A DNA stretch of 64,000 bases from an uncultured Rivularia sp. (GCA_963665115.1 OY762007.1:2400001-2464000), one strand, 5' to 3'. Counted from the stretch's first letter, positions 22,793 through 33,009 are shown. Numbers and translations: made by a program. The notes: a model not told the origin generated them from the sequence alone.

Positions 22793-25700
22793 CTAACTGC
22801 TAACTGTCATTCTCCTTGCACCATATCCAACTTCGCTAATCAAACGATTTGGATCGTGGAGTTCGGCAATTATGTGTTGGGTGGCCGTGGTATTATCTAA
22901 TTCGGGATTTATGTCGATGGCTCTACAAAATACCGATTGCCATTCCCATTTCAAGGATTTGGTTAAGCCGAATAATCCACCGTTGACTGGGTTAATTTCG
23001 TTTTTACCGGAACATCCTAATTCTCCATCTAAGCGAGTTACGGTTATGAAACAACTACGCCCTAATTTCGCTGCTTTAGTCAGCGAAGTTTTAAGATGTT
23101 TGGCTAGAAAAAACACTTGCTTAATAATTGCTGCGTCTTGATGTTCGGCAGGATTTAAATGCACGAAAGTGGCAATTTGTCCATAATTAGCTTGAATTGC
23201 AGCTAATTGTGTTTTTATCTGCTCGTCGCTACCATTTTCTAGCATCACTCGTTCAATACCTTCTGGTAAAGAAGATTTTGTTGCTAATTGAGGAAAACAA
23301 AGAACTACCACTTTCCAACCCTGATGCTGTAAAGATTGAGCTAATTCACTGGTAAGTTGAGAACCATCATCAGTGAGCAAACAAATATGTTTTGCAGGTA
23401 AATCGAAATCTAATCGATCTGGAGGAGGTAGGAACTTTTGATGAACAAGCGCTCGTTTGATATTATGCTTCAGCTCGGGTTGCCCGTCATCAACTCCCCT
23501 GGATTGCTTTTTTTTTTCAGTCTCTGTTGTCAGAGACTGCATATAATCAACAATTTGTCCCAAGGTTCGCAGTTCCACTTCTGCCATTTCTTCGAGATTC
23601 GGTTGCGGTAAATCGGGTACTTGCTCTTGCAATGCTCCGATAATCTCAACTCGTTTAATCGAATCAATCCCTAAATCTGCTTCGATATCCATCTCTAGTT
23701 CCAACATTTCCGATGGATAACCAGTTTTATCGCTGACTACTGCAAGTAGCTCTCGACTTAAGGTTTCACTGTCAATTACATTTTGAAAACCTCTCTCCAT
23801 ACTTCTCTCATGCAAGGAGAGAGGCTGTGAATTTTCCTCATTCTCCCCATTCCCTTGCGGGGAAGGGGGCTGGGGGGTTAGGTTTTCTGTTAAATTCTGC
23901 GTTGATTCTGTTCCCCCTTCTGCCAAACCCCGCATATAATCAACGATTTGTCCCAAAGTTCGCAACTCTACTTCTGCCATTTCTTCGAGATTCGGTTGCG
24001 GTAAATCGGGTACTTGCTCTTGCAATGCTCCGATAATCTCAACTCGCTTAATCGAATCAATCCCCAAATCTGCTTCGATATCCATCTCTAGTTCCAACAT
24101 TTCCGATGGATAACCAGTTTTATCGCTGACTACTGCAAGTAGCTCTCGACTTAAGGTTTCAAAATCAATCTTTTGTGGATTATTCTCAACTTCTACTTTT
24201 TGTGCATCGATTTTTGGCGGATTCTGCTTGACTTCTGGCACAGTAGCAGTAACGGGTAAATATTGATTTACAGACTGTTCTTCAGAACCAGCAAGCTTCG
24301 TAACTTCACTATCTAAAAATACTTCTTGATGTGCTACAGAAGGCTGACTAGAATCATTTTCTACTAGATGCGAATAGCCTTGCTGAGTTAATTGGTAAAA
24401 CTTTCCCGTTGATTCAACCTGCGATCGCAAATATTGTTGGTGAATCTGCAAGGTATCTGCTTGATGCTTGTGAACCTGCATCATGCTGCGTTCGACGCTT
24501 TCAATAATTTGTTCTACAGGTTGAGTTTTTCCAGATTGAGCAATATTAGAGAATAAAGTGCTTTGCTGCTGCATCAGTTGGAAACTGGCTTGGATGTATT
24601 CCTGCTGATTATTCAAATATTGTCCGTGAACTTCTAAAGTTTGACTTTGAGTCTGGTTAAATTGTTCGATGCTAGATTCGATAGAAGCAATAAGTTCTGA
24701 ATTTGGTAAAGCAGATTCGGGCTTATTTTCAGAAACCAATTTTCTATTAACAACAGCTGTAGTAATAGATTGTTCGTTTTGCTGCTGAGAATTTCCTTTC
24801 ATCAAAGTCATTGTTTGTTCTACTGGCAATTTTTCTCTCACAGCAGTACTGGATTTCATCGCACTTACGGCTTTCACCTTCTCCAAATGTCCGTTACCGG
24901 AATTTCCATTTGCAGAAGTAACTAAACCTCGATTCTGAGTTCCATTCCCGTTTCCATTTGAAGAATGTCCGTTACCCTCCGGGTTCACCACTCCCTTCAA
25001 CGGAGGGAACCTCCGCACTGGTGTGGATTCACCATTTGCAGTAAATAAACCTCCATTGCGAGAACTTCCATTTTTATTGCCATTCCCATTGCCCGATGCC
25101 TCATGCCCAATGCCCGATGCCCGATGCCCAATCCCCAATGCCCCATTCCCATTTTCCAAAGCTTTTGTAAATGCCGATGCCGTTTTATCGGAAACGTAAT
25201 TGTGGCATCCCAAAGTTACACTTAAAGCCTTATTGGGCTTAACTTCTGGTAAATTTAGTTCTAACTGGTGAGGATCGAGATTAGCTAATACTAAACCAGC
25301 AACGCGCAACTGAACTACAGCTTCTCGAAGCTGACTGTCACTATCTTTTTGACGGCTACCATTAAGTGCGATCGCCATATGCGGACGCGAACCTAATATT
25401 TCACCAACAAGGTTAGTTAAAATGCTTCTGGGACCAAATTCAACAAAGCAATAGCCGCCCTTATCGTAAATATTTTCAATCTCTTGCTCAAACAGTACCG
25501 AATTACTGATATGCGCTTGCAGATTTTTTCTAATTGCTTCGGGTTCTTGAGGGTAAAGTGTAGCTGTTGTATTAGTATAAATCGGAATCTTGGGAGTATT
25601 GAAGGTGACTTCCCCAATTGCTTTGCTAAAGGGTTTTTCAGCGCGAGCAATCAAAGGTGTATGGAAAGCACCGGAAACAGGTAAACTAATTGCCGAAAAG

Positions 25701-28141
25701 CCTTTATCTGTTAAAACCCGCTTCAACTCAGCAATTTTATCGGTAGCACCTGCCAAAACTCCCTGCTTGGGAGAATTGTAGTTAGCAAGTTTAATTTCGG
25801 GAAAATCAGCCAGTATATCTTTAACTTTGGCTACATCACCCTTAACTGCGAGCATTGCTCCCATATCTTGGCTAGAATCGGTGGGTTTCGCCATCGCTTG
25901 CCCCCGCTCTTTCACCAAATAGAAGTAATCTTCATCATTAAGGACTTCCGCTGCCCATAATGCGGTGAGTTCGCCAAAACTATGTCCGGCAACAATATCT
26001 GGTTTGAAACCAGCTTGTTGTAAAACCTTATATAATCCGACGCTAAATGCACCAATCGCCGGTTGAGATACTTCGGTTTGTTGTAAAGCTTGGGTTTGTG
26101 CTTGTTTTTGAGCGGCATCAAACACCGGCGCGGGAAATACTTTTTCGGAAATAGGTGATAAACCCGATTTACAAAACAAGCGATCGACTTGATGATAAGT
26201 TTGCTGCAATACCGGAAAGTTCATTACCACTTCCCGTCCCATTTCTGGATATTGCGAACCTTGCCCGGAAAATAGAGCTACTACTTTTCCTTGCAACTCC
26301 ATCCCTTGCTTGCGGTAATAGACTCCTTGGGGAAGCTCCCAATTTTCTGCTTCAGGCTGTTTCTTAAACCAATTTATAGATAGCTGTAATTTTTTGATTG
26401 ACTCAGCTACCGAGTCAGCAACGAATCCCAATCTAGCTGCTGTTAACGGGATTTCCGCCGATTTACTTTTAGAGACTAACTCTTTAAAATAATTCTCTGC
26501 CTTATCTGATTTCAATTCAATCAAAGCAGATTCGCATTCTTGCAATAACTGTTCCGGTGAAGTTGCAGATAGCAGAATCTCTTGGGGAGTGCGATGAATG
26601 CGAAATTGCTCGCTCTGATTGCAATACTCTTCTAAGACAATATGATAGTTAGTCCCACCGAAGCCAAAAGAGCTAACACCAGCACGTCGAGGTGTTTCAC
26701 CTGTTTGCAACCAAGGACGAGTTTGTGTATTTAAATAAAACGGTGAAGATTCAATTTCTAACTTAGGATTTGGTTTAGTAACATTAATAGTCGGCGGCAA
26801 AACCTTATGATGCAAAGCCAAAGCTGTTTTAATCAAACTTGCTGCTCCGGCTGCCGCTTTAGTATGCCCAATTTGAGATTTAACGCTACCCAAAGCAACA
26901 GACTGCTGCGACAAATTATCTTTACTAAATACAGCTTTCAGCGCTGCGAATTCTGCCGGATCTCCAGCCATTGTCCCCGTACCGTGGGCTTCAACTAAAC
27001 CAACGGTTTCTGGTGTAAATCCAGCTCGCTCGTAGGCACGTTCCAAAGCCTTCATCTGCCCTTCGGCGCGAGGAGCGTAAATACTTTTATGCCTTCCATC
27101 GCTGGAAGTTCCAATACCTCGAATTACCGCATATATTTTATCGCCATCGCGCTCGGCATCTTCCAAACGCTTAAGCAACATCATGCCAATCCCCTCACCC
27201 AACATCATTCCGTTAGACTCAGCATCAAACGGTTTAACGTTTTCTCCAGGTGAGACAGCCGGGGTTTTGCTGAAACACATATAGGCAAGAATAGAGTTGT
27301 CGGTGTCAACTCCACCCGTAAGCATCATATCGGCACGGCGATCGGCTAATTCACCGATCGCCATTGACAACGCACCCAAGGAACTGGCACAAGCAGCATC
27401 CACAACGCAATTAGTTCCGCCAAAATCAAAGCGGTTAGCAATTCTTCCGGTAACAATATTCGCTAGCATTCCCGGAAAAGCGTTGGTATCCCAGTTAATA
27501 TAAGCGCTTTTAATTTTTTCAATAATATCTTGTGTATCTTCGTCAGACAAACCCTGACTTTTGAGAACTTTCTCCCAAACGGGATACTGCAATCTTGCAG
27601 CCAAAGGCACGCTCAACTGTCTTGCTAAAGCTACCCCCAAAACTACCCCAGTGCGTTCGTGATTAAACCCACTATCGGAATCATAACCGGCATCGCAAAG
27701 TGCCTGTTTTGCCACAACCAAAGCTAGCAACTGCGAGATATCAGTTACCTCTAACTGATTCGGAGGTAGTCCAAATTCCATCGGGTTAAAGTCAATGTCG
27801 GGAATAAACCCGCCTCTTTTACAGTAAGTTTTATCAGGTGCTTTCGGGTCGGGGTCGTAATAATCCTCAACATTCCACCGCGATGGCGGAACATCGGTAA
27901 TGCAGTCCTCACCCGCGATAATTTTTTCCCAATATTCTTGTAAGTTCTTTGTTTGCGGAAACAGCGAACCCATACCAATAATCGCTATGGGAGTTTGTTG
28001 TAATTGTGTATTAGTCCGATCAATTTTTACTGATTCAGAAGTCATATTTTTTACTTTAATTAAGTCTCGTATTGCTTGTTCGCAATTGTCAATTTCTTTG
28101 TGAAACTGAGCTAAAGCAGCGCCAATTTTGTTAGTTAACAT
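22793..28141 (-). CDS. hglE: HglE/PfaA-type iterative type I PKS: KS-AT-linker-ACP-ACP-C-terminal KR-structural-like domain
   Basis: KS DAACASS, HGTGT, IGHTK, SSFGFGG; AT GQGSQ, GHSFG, GAFHT; two ACPs with LGIDSIK; start ATG 28141 preferred (alternatives 28162, 28045). Confidence 0.93.
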   Translation of the reverse strand: MLTNKIGAALAQFHKEIDNCEQAIRDLIKVKNMTSESVKIDRTNTQLQQTPIAIIGMGSLFPQTKNLQEYWEKIIAGEDCITDVPPSRWNVEDYYDPDPKAPDKTYCKRGGFIPDIDFNPMEFGLPPNQLEVTDISQLLALVVAKQALCDAGYDSDSGFNHERTGVVLGVALARQLSVPLAARLQYPVWEKVLKSQGLSDEDTQDIIEKIKSAYINWDTNAFPGMLANIVTGRIANRFDFGGTNCVVDAACASSLGALSMAIGELADRRADMMLTGGVDTDNSILAYMCFSKTPAVSPGENVKPFDAESNGMMLGEGIGMMLLKRLEDAERDGDKIYAVIRGIGTSSDGRHKSIYAPRAEGQMKALERAYERAGFTPETVGLVEAHGTGTMAGDPAEFAALKAVFSKDNLSQQSVALGSVKSQIGHTKAAAGAASLIKTALALHHKVLPPTINVTKPNPKLEIESSPFYLNTQTRPWLQTGETPRRAGVSSFGFGGTNYHIVLEEYCNQSEQFRIHRTPQEILLSATSPEQLLQECESALIELKSDKAENYFKELVSKSKSAEIPLTAARLGFVADSVAESIKKLQLSINWFKKQPEAENWELPQGVYYRKQGMELQGKVVALFSGQGSQYPEMGREVVMNFPVLQQTYHQVDRLFCKSGLSPISEKVFPAPVFDAAQKQAQTQALQQTEVSQPAIGAFSVGLYKVLQQAGFKPDIVAGHSFGELTALWAAEVLNDEDYFYLVKERGQAMAKPTDSSQDMGAMLAVKGDVAKVKDILADFPEIKLANYNSPKQGVLAGATDKIAELKRVLTDKGFSAISLPVSGAFHTPLIARAEKPFSKAIGEVTFNTPKIPIYTNTTATLYPQEPEAIRKNLQAHISNSVLFEQEIENIYDKGGYCFVEFGPRSILTNLVGEILGSRPHMAIALNGSRQKDSDSQLREAVVQLRVAGLVLANLDPHQLELNLPEVKPNKALSVTLGCHNYVSDKTASAFTKALENGNGALGIGHRASGIGHEASGNGNGNKNGSSRNGGLFTANGESTPVRRFPPLKGVVNPEGNGHSSNGNGNGTQNRGLVTSANGNSGNGHLEKVKAVSAMKSSTAVREKLPVEQTMTLMKGNSQQQNEQSITTAVVNRKLVSENKPESALPNSELIASIESSIEQFNQTQSQTLEVHGQYLNNQQEYIQASFQLMQQQSTLFSNIAQSGKTQPVEQIIESVERSMMQVHKHQADTLQIHQQYLRSQVESTGKFYQLTQQGYSHLVENDSSQPSVAHQEVFLDSEVTKLAGSEEQSVNQYLPVTATVPEVKQNPPKIDAQKVEVENNPQKIDFETLSRELLAVVSDKTGYPSEMLELEMDIEADLGIDSIKRVEIIGALQEQVPDLPQPNLEEMAEVELRTLGQIVDYMRGLAEGGTESTQNLTENLTPQPPSPQGNGENEENSQPLSLHERSMERGFQNVIDSETLSRELLAVVSDKTGYPSEMLELEMDIEADLGIDSIKRVEIIGALQEQVPDLPQPNLEEMAEVELRTLGQIVDYMQSLTTETEKKKQSRGVDDGQPELKHNIKRALVHQKFLPPPDRLDFDLPAKHICLLTDDGSQLTSELAQSLQHQGWKVVVLCFPQLATKSSLPEGIERVMLENGSDEQIKTQLAAIQANYGQIATFVHLNPAEHQDAAIIKQVFFLAKHLKTSLTKAAKLGRSCFITVTRLDGELGCSGKNEINPVNGGLFGLTKSLKWEWQSVFCRAIDINPELDNTTATQHIIAELHDPNRLISEVGYGARRMTVSS

Positions 28142-28941
28142 TTGGCATGAAGTTATTTTCAATACCTTAATCTATAAAGTTGTCAAAAGCTTGTTTTTTT
28201 ACCAATTAAAATCATTAAAAATGATAAAAGAGTGCGAATAGGAAGTATCAATTTAAATAATTTATTGATAACACTACTAACTATAACTTTGATGGCAAGT
28301 ACATAAACCCTGTTGCAATTATTCTCGCTATCTCACGACATGGAAAAATACAATGTTTTCCCAATCACTCTAGTAATAGAACGATAATACAGCTTGTACA
28401 AGTCACTTCTTCACAGTAGCTGATTTGAGGTCACACAAATATGCTATACCCTAAGTAATATCTTTTTACACAAAGTTACAAAAATGACGCATGCGATACA
28501 TTCCATATCTAGAATAACGATATAATTTAGTATCTATTATGTAAAGGGAAGTCTAGGTGTTTTTGATTGCGATTGAACCCCAAAACCCCTATTAATATGT
28601 TGAAAAGGTCTACCGAGATGCTGCTGAGAATGCTGCAAAATATCAGTTGAACAATAGCTTAAATAACAATTACAGGATTACAATCTGACGGCGAATGCTT
28701 CTAAAAGTGAGACAGATTTGATAGAAGTTCCTTTGTTTCGTTGGGTAATATTAGTTTACGAAACGTGCGTTCACCTGTTTTCAGCAAAGCCTTCTTTATT
28801 TTTTATGCAAAAGTTTCTCCGAACGCCTGTAAATTAAAATTGGTTAATACAAGTAATTAATAAGAACTTTATAGAAATCAACTCTAAGGTAGTAAAAAAA
28901 CCATACCTAAGAAAGATATGTAATTCAAAATTAAATAGATG

Positions 28942-28974
28942 GTATCTGTAAATACAAAGTGTAACTTGAATTAC
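28942..28974. promoter_or_regulatory. Two tandem candidate NtcA boxes (GTA-N8-TAC)
   Basis: GTATCTGTAAATAC 28942-28955 and GTAACTTGAATTAC 28961-28974; a TAN3T (TATCTT) lies 23 nt downstream on the minus strand toward hglE. Confidence 0.45.
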
Positions 28975-29590
28975 CTGCGACAATTTTTTAGCTATTTTCA
29001 CTGTTGAAATAAAATTATCAGAATTCAAGTTATTAAATGTTGACATTAATACGTTAAGATATATTTTTTTTAGTCAAAAATGCTACATACTTTTTTCTGT
29101 TGATTATCTAAATACAATCAATCTTTGAACCGACCTGATTCTTGCATGGTGGATTTTTTCAAGGTATGCAATTAATTCTATTTTTAAATAGTTAATGAAA
29201 CTTAGCTGTAAAAAATACCACCTATATAAGATTAGTTGTTGATTATTGATGTGCATCTAAATAAGAAAGAGCTTGTTTGTATTATTTCTGATGTGTATAC
29301 TGTGAGGAATTAAATAATTGCTAATTAAAATGTTTACCTAAAAGTAAAGTGAAATATTCAGATGAAAAAGAAATAATCCGCAATAACTACAATAACTACT
29401 TCTGAATAGGTTCGATCGCGTGCAAAAATTCCTTTTATACATACACTTGATTTTGAAAAAACCACAGTGGAGCAATAAGCATATTAAATTATGCATATAA
29501 TTACGCTTAATTACGGCGATATTGTTTTTGCCTATGATTCATGCATATTTAAATATCAAGTAAATGGTTCTTACTCTAAAGCGATAAGCA

Positions 29591-30469
29591 ATGAGTGAAT
29601 TTAACCGAGATTATCAGGTAATGCGCTCAGTTAGTTTGTTACAAAACAATCAACAACGTCCTCGCTGTGTAATAGATCCAGCCCTCGCCTTATCACCTTC
29701 CGGACTGCTTCTGTACAGAAACTTGGGAGAAGCAATGGAATTATGGGTGGTACGAGAACTCTGGTATATTCTCGACAACATCAATCTTTATTTGCAAAGG
29801 CCGGAGTTAGTTGTTCCCGGAATTAACGCTTCGGAGAAAACGCTATCTGAGAAGCGCACTTCCTTAGAAGAAACGCTTTGGAGTTTAAAAGAATGGGAAA
29901 GAGTACGAGGAGAAGTAGACTTAAGCCGCTTAAATCTATTCTGGCTCGGAGATAACCTCCGCGAATCATTGATTCCTAAAGATAGAGAACCAGGCATTTT
30001 TTCATATTGGGAATTTTTAGCACGTTCATTAGATAATCAAATAGATCCGCTGCCAACTAATGATGTTTTAACATTAGCTTTTCGAGATGCGGTAGCACTT
30101 TTAGCTAGCTTGGGGTCTGCGTTTATTCTCACCTATCAATTGCCTTCAGACTATGACAACAATCTTCCTCCAGACATATGCAAAACTCTGGAAACTTGGA
30201 ATATACCTTGTAGATATTTGACAAAAGAAGACCCGGTTGTTATTCTCGAACGCGAATATTTACATGAGTTAATTACTAATACTGGATTAGCTAAACCTTT
30301 TTTGGCTGATATGCATATTGTGATTCTGCGCTTAGTAATTCCTCATGGTTTACCTGATGAATTGAAAAACGATCTAGGAACTAAGAGATTTTCTTCTCAA
30401 GAAATACAATATTTTGAACCAGAAAATTATCTTTGGACAAACATCGAAGCATTCTGGTACCAGCTTTAG
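29591..30469 (+). CDS. Hypothetical protein, possible PIN-like fold
   Basis: 292-aa ORF; CVIDP near the N-terminus, WVVREL, DAVALL...FILT pattern reminiscent of PIN domains. Confidence 0.55.
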   Translation: MSEFNRDYQVMRSVSLLQNNQQRPRCVIDPALALSPSGLLLYRNLGEAMELWVVRELWYILDNINLYLQRPELVVPGINASEKTLSEKRTSLEETLWSLKEWERVRGEVDLSRLNLFWLGDNLRESLIPKDREPGIFSYWEFLARSLDNQIDPLPTNDVLTLAFRDAVALLASLGSAFILTYQLPSDYDNNLPPDICKTLETWNIPCRYLTKEDPVVILEREYLHELITNTGLAKPFLADMHIVILRLVIPHGLPDELKNDLGTKRFSSQEIQYFEPENYLWTNIEAFWYQL

Positions 30470-30505
30470 CGTTCGCAAATACTTTTGTAATTTGACAGGA
30501 ATTAT

Positions 30506-30994
30506 ATGAATAATTTTGAAGACCCTAACAAAGCTTGTCTTCAAGCATTAGCTCAATCTATTGGATTAGGAGTTTTAGGGGAATTTAACCTGCAAGGCTT
30601 CAAATATATGATTGTTTCATTTGGAAACTGCTCGGAAGACTATGCAGAACATGACATGATTCCATCTGAAGAAGCTGATTACTATTGGGTGGTTGGGCGG
30701 ATTGAAATTCAAAATCAATACTGTTTAATTATCAAAGCGAAAGATACATTTAAGGTTGCAGAGCCGACTGTAACAGATTTATTAACCGCACGAGAGTTGC
30801 AAATAGCTGCTTTCGTGGCATTAGGTTACTCAAATAAACAGATTGGTAATCGATTGCAAATCAGTGAATGGACGGTTTCAACACACTTGCGAAGAACTTT
30901 CATCAAACTTGGAGTCGATAGTCGTGCTGCTATGGTTTACCGTTGTGCCCCATTGATTAACTTTATCTTGCAAACAGAAGCCCAAGTTGGATAG
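30506..30994 (+). CDS. LuxR/GerE-family HTH transcriptional regulator
   Basis: LLTARELQIAAFVALGYSNKQIGNRLQISEWTVSTHLRRTFIKLGVDSRA. Confidence 0.9.
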   Translation: MNNFEDPNKACLQALAQSIGLGVLGEFNLQGFKYMIVSFGNCSEDYAEHDMIPSEEADYYWVVGRIEIQNQYCLIIKAKDTFKVAEPTVTDLLTARELQIAAFVALGYSNKQIGNRLQISEWTVSTHLRRTFIKLGVDSRAAMVYRCAPLINFILQTEAQVG

Positions 30995-31300
30995 TTAAAG
31001 AAGGCATACTTCACCAATAGGCGGAACGTCAAGGTTTGAGAAGACAATAGGAAACATATTTGGGCGTTTTTCCATTTTCATTCACATATCATTGCAGGCG
31101 ATCGCTCATTAAAGTTCCTTAAGTAAACTATTTGTTTGCAGATATAGTTTGTTTTTAGTAGCGAAAGTTATATTTTTAGTTATTCTATGTTGTGCGGCAT
31201 TAAATAGTCGTAGAAGAGAGAACGGGGAAAGAAAACGGTATTAGTAAATTCAGTAAATAATGTGAGTTTTGTAGCTGATAATAATTAATGGGACAGACCA

Positions 31301-31440
31301 GTAGTGGGTCGTCTACTAAATTAATTTTGAGGAGTAATAAAAATGTAGTGCGAGCATCTTGCTCGCTGGTTGTCACGAGGGAGCGTCTCGCTCCCACTAC
31401 GAATGTTTTACCCCGCAAAACTAATGTGAATTAGTAGTAG
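31301..31440. mobile_element. IS630-type MITE carrying a REP doublet (copy A)
   Basis: Right end CCCCGCAAAACTAATGTG resembles the IS630 TIR; left end AATTAATTTTGAGGAG; 31347-31440 nearly identical to 32916-33009. Confidence 0.65.
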
Positions 31441-31443
31441 TAG

Positions 31444-31567
31444 TAGTTGATTGCATAAATTCTGATGGGTGTATAGAAAAAATAAAAGATTATTCTACCC
31501 CCTCTACCCTCTCTTCCCCCTCTTCCCCCTCCCCATCTTTACCCGTCAGAACAAATGAAAAGGACTA
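31444..31567. mobile_element. Second MITE with purine/pyrimidine-repeat cargo
   Basis: Inverted ends TTCTGATGGGT / ACCCGTCAGAA, bounded by TAG...CTA. Confidence 0.55.
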
Positions 31568-31568
31568 G

Positions 31569-32881
31569 TAGTACTTCACCACATTAATTTTGCGGGGTAC
31601 ACGGCTGTGCGATCGCCGAGTCGCATATTGACTGTGGATTATTTTTACAGCTATCATCTTGAAGTTCAATTTTTGGATATAGTTTATTCAATTTAACGCG
31701 AGCATTTGAGGTTGTAAATTGCCAAGAAACAGTCGTTTTCTCTTGATTTCTTACCTCCTCCCATGCAGCAATTTCGTCTTTTATAATGTCTTGACTTGGA
31801 ATTCGCCTATTTAAGCATTGACGAGAAAGAATTGATAATTCAATTTCTGCCATATTTAACCAACTACCGTGCTTGGGAGTATAATGAAACTCTAATTTAT
31901 TCAAGATTCTTCTTGCTTCAGTCGGTTCAAATGCTTTATACAAAGATGCTGGACTATGAGTATTTAAGTTATCCATAACTACTGTTATTACCTCAGAATT
32001 TGGATAATAAATATCTACCAGGTTTTTCATCTGGAAAGCAAAATCTACAGCCGTTCTGCGGTCTGTTACTTCGATGTGTCGCCAGCCTTGATAGGGTTCT
32101 AAGAATACGAATAGATTGCAATTTCCCATGCGTTCATATTCATAGTCAACACGTTTTTTTTGCCCTGGCTTAACTGGTATTGGGATTTTAGTATCACCAA
32201 GTAATTGTGTTGGACGCTCGTCAAAGCAAATAATTGGGCGCTTTATATCTGAGCTTCGGGCATATACATCTAAAACATCTTCCATCCGCCACACATATTC
32301 GGCACTAACTGTGGGAATACACCATTGCTCAACTAGCCAAGGTTTTATTTCGTTTTTTTTAGAGTTCGACGTACAGTTTCATCACTAATATTATCAACAA
32401 CAGATAGTTGAACTAATTTGTTAGCTAATAACTGCATTGTCCAGTTACTTCTTCCATCTGGTGGGTCACTACAAGCAGTTGCAATTAAAAATGCTTCATG
32501 TGAACCAATTAGTTTTTTTGGTTTACCTGGTCGTGGTTTCTCGTTGAGTGCCTCTGCCAATCCGGATTGCACAAATTTTTTACGAACTCGTTCTATTGTA
32601 TCTACGCTTATTTTTAACGCTGTGGCTATTTCAACATCAGAATATCCACTTTCCGACATCAATAGAACCTGTATACGTTTGTATTTTCTTGCTGAAATTT
32701 TTCCCTTCTTGCTCAGTTGCTCTAGTTGCTCTCTTTCCTGAATATTTAAGTTAATGTTATATTTTTTGTACATGACAAGTGGATGCAGACAATATCGCTA
32801 TAAATACTTTAATATATAGCTTACTATCAGATGGCGATCGCACAGTCGTGTACCCTGCAAAATTAATGTGGTGGAGTACTA
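31569..32881 (-). mobile_element. IS630-family insertion sequence, apparently intact
   Basis: 49-bp inverted ends including terminal TA (31569-31617 / 32833-32881, 3 mismatches); orfA + orfB linked by an A8C slippery site. Confidence 0.93.
31584..32773 (-). CDS. IS630 transposase (orfA HTH 32345-32773 + orfB DDE 31584-32350), probable programmed -1 frameshift
   Basis: orfA RPGKPKKL, WTMQLLA, ETVRRTLKK; AAAAAAAAC then NEIKPW; DDE motifs CFDE, VMDNLNTH, TPKHGSWLNMAE. Confidence 0.9.
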
Positions 32882-33009
32882 GTCCTCCACCACGATGATT
32901 CTGCGGGGTTCCGGGAGTGCGAGCGTCTCGCTCGCTAGTTGTCACGAGGGAGCGTCTCGCTCCCACTACGAATGTTTTACCCCGCAAAACTAATGTGAAT
33001 TAGTAGTAG
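32880..33009. mobile_element. IS630-type MITE carrying a REP doublet (copy A')
   Basis: TAGTCCTCCACCACGATGATTCTGCGGGG ... CCCCGCAAAACTAATGTGAATTAGTAG ends related to the adjacent IS TIR. Confidence 0.7.

Noticed and set aside
31200..31418. Duplicated small proteins MRGKTFVVGARRSLVTTSE (also 32757-32987)
   Set aside because: Spurious ORFs read through the duplicated MITE/REP sequence
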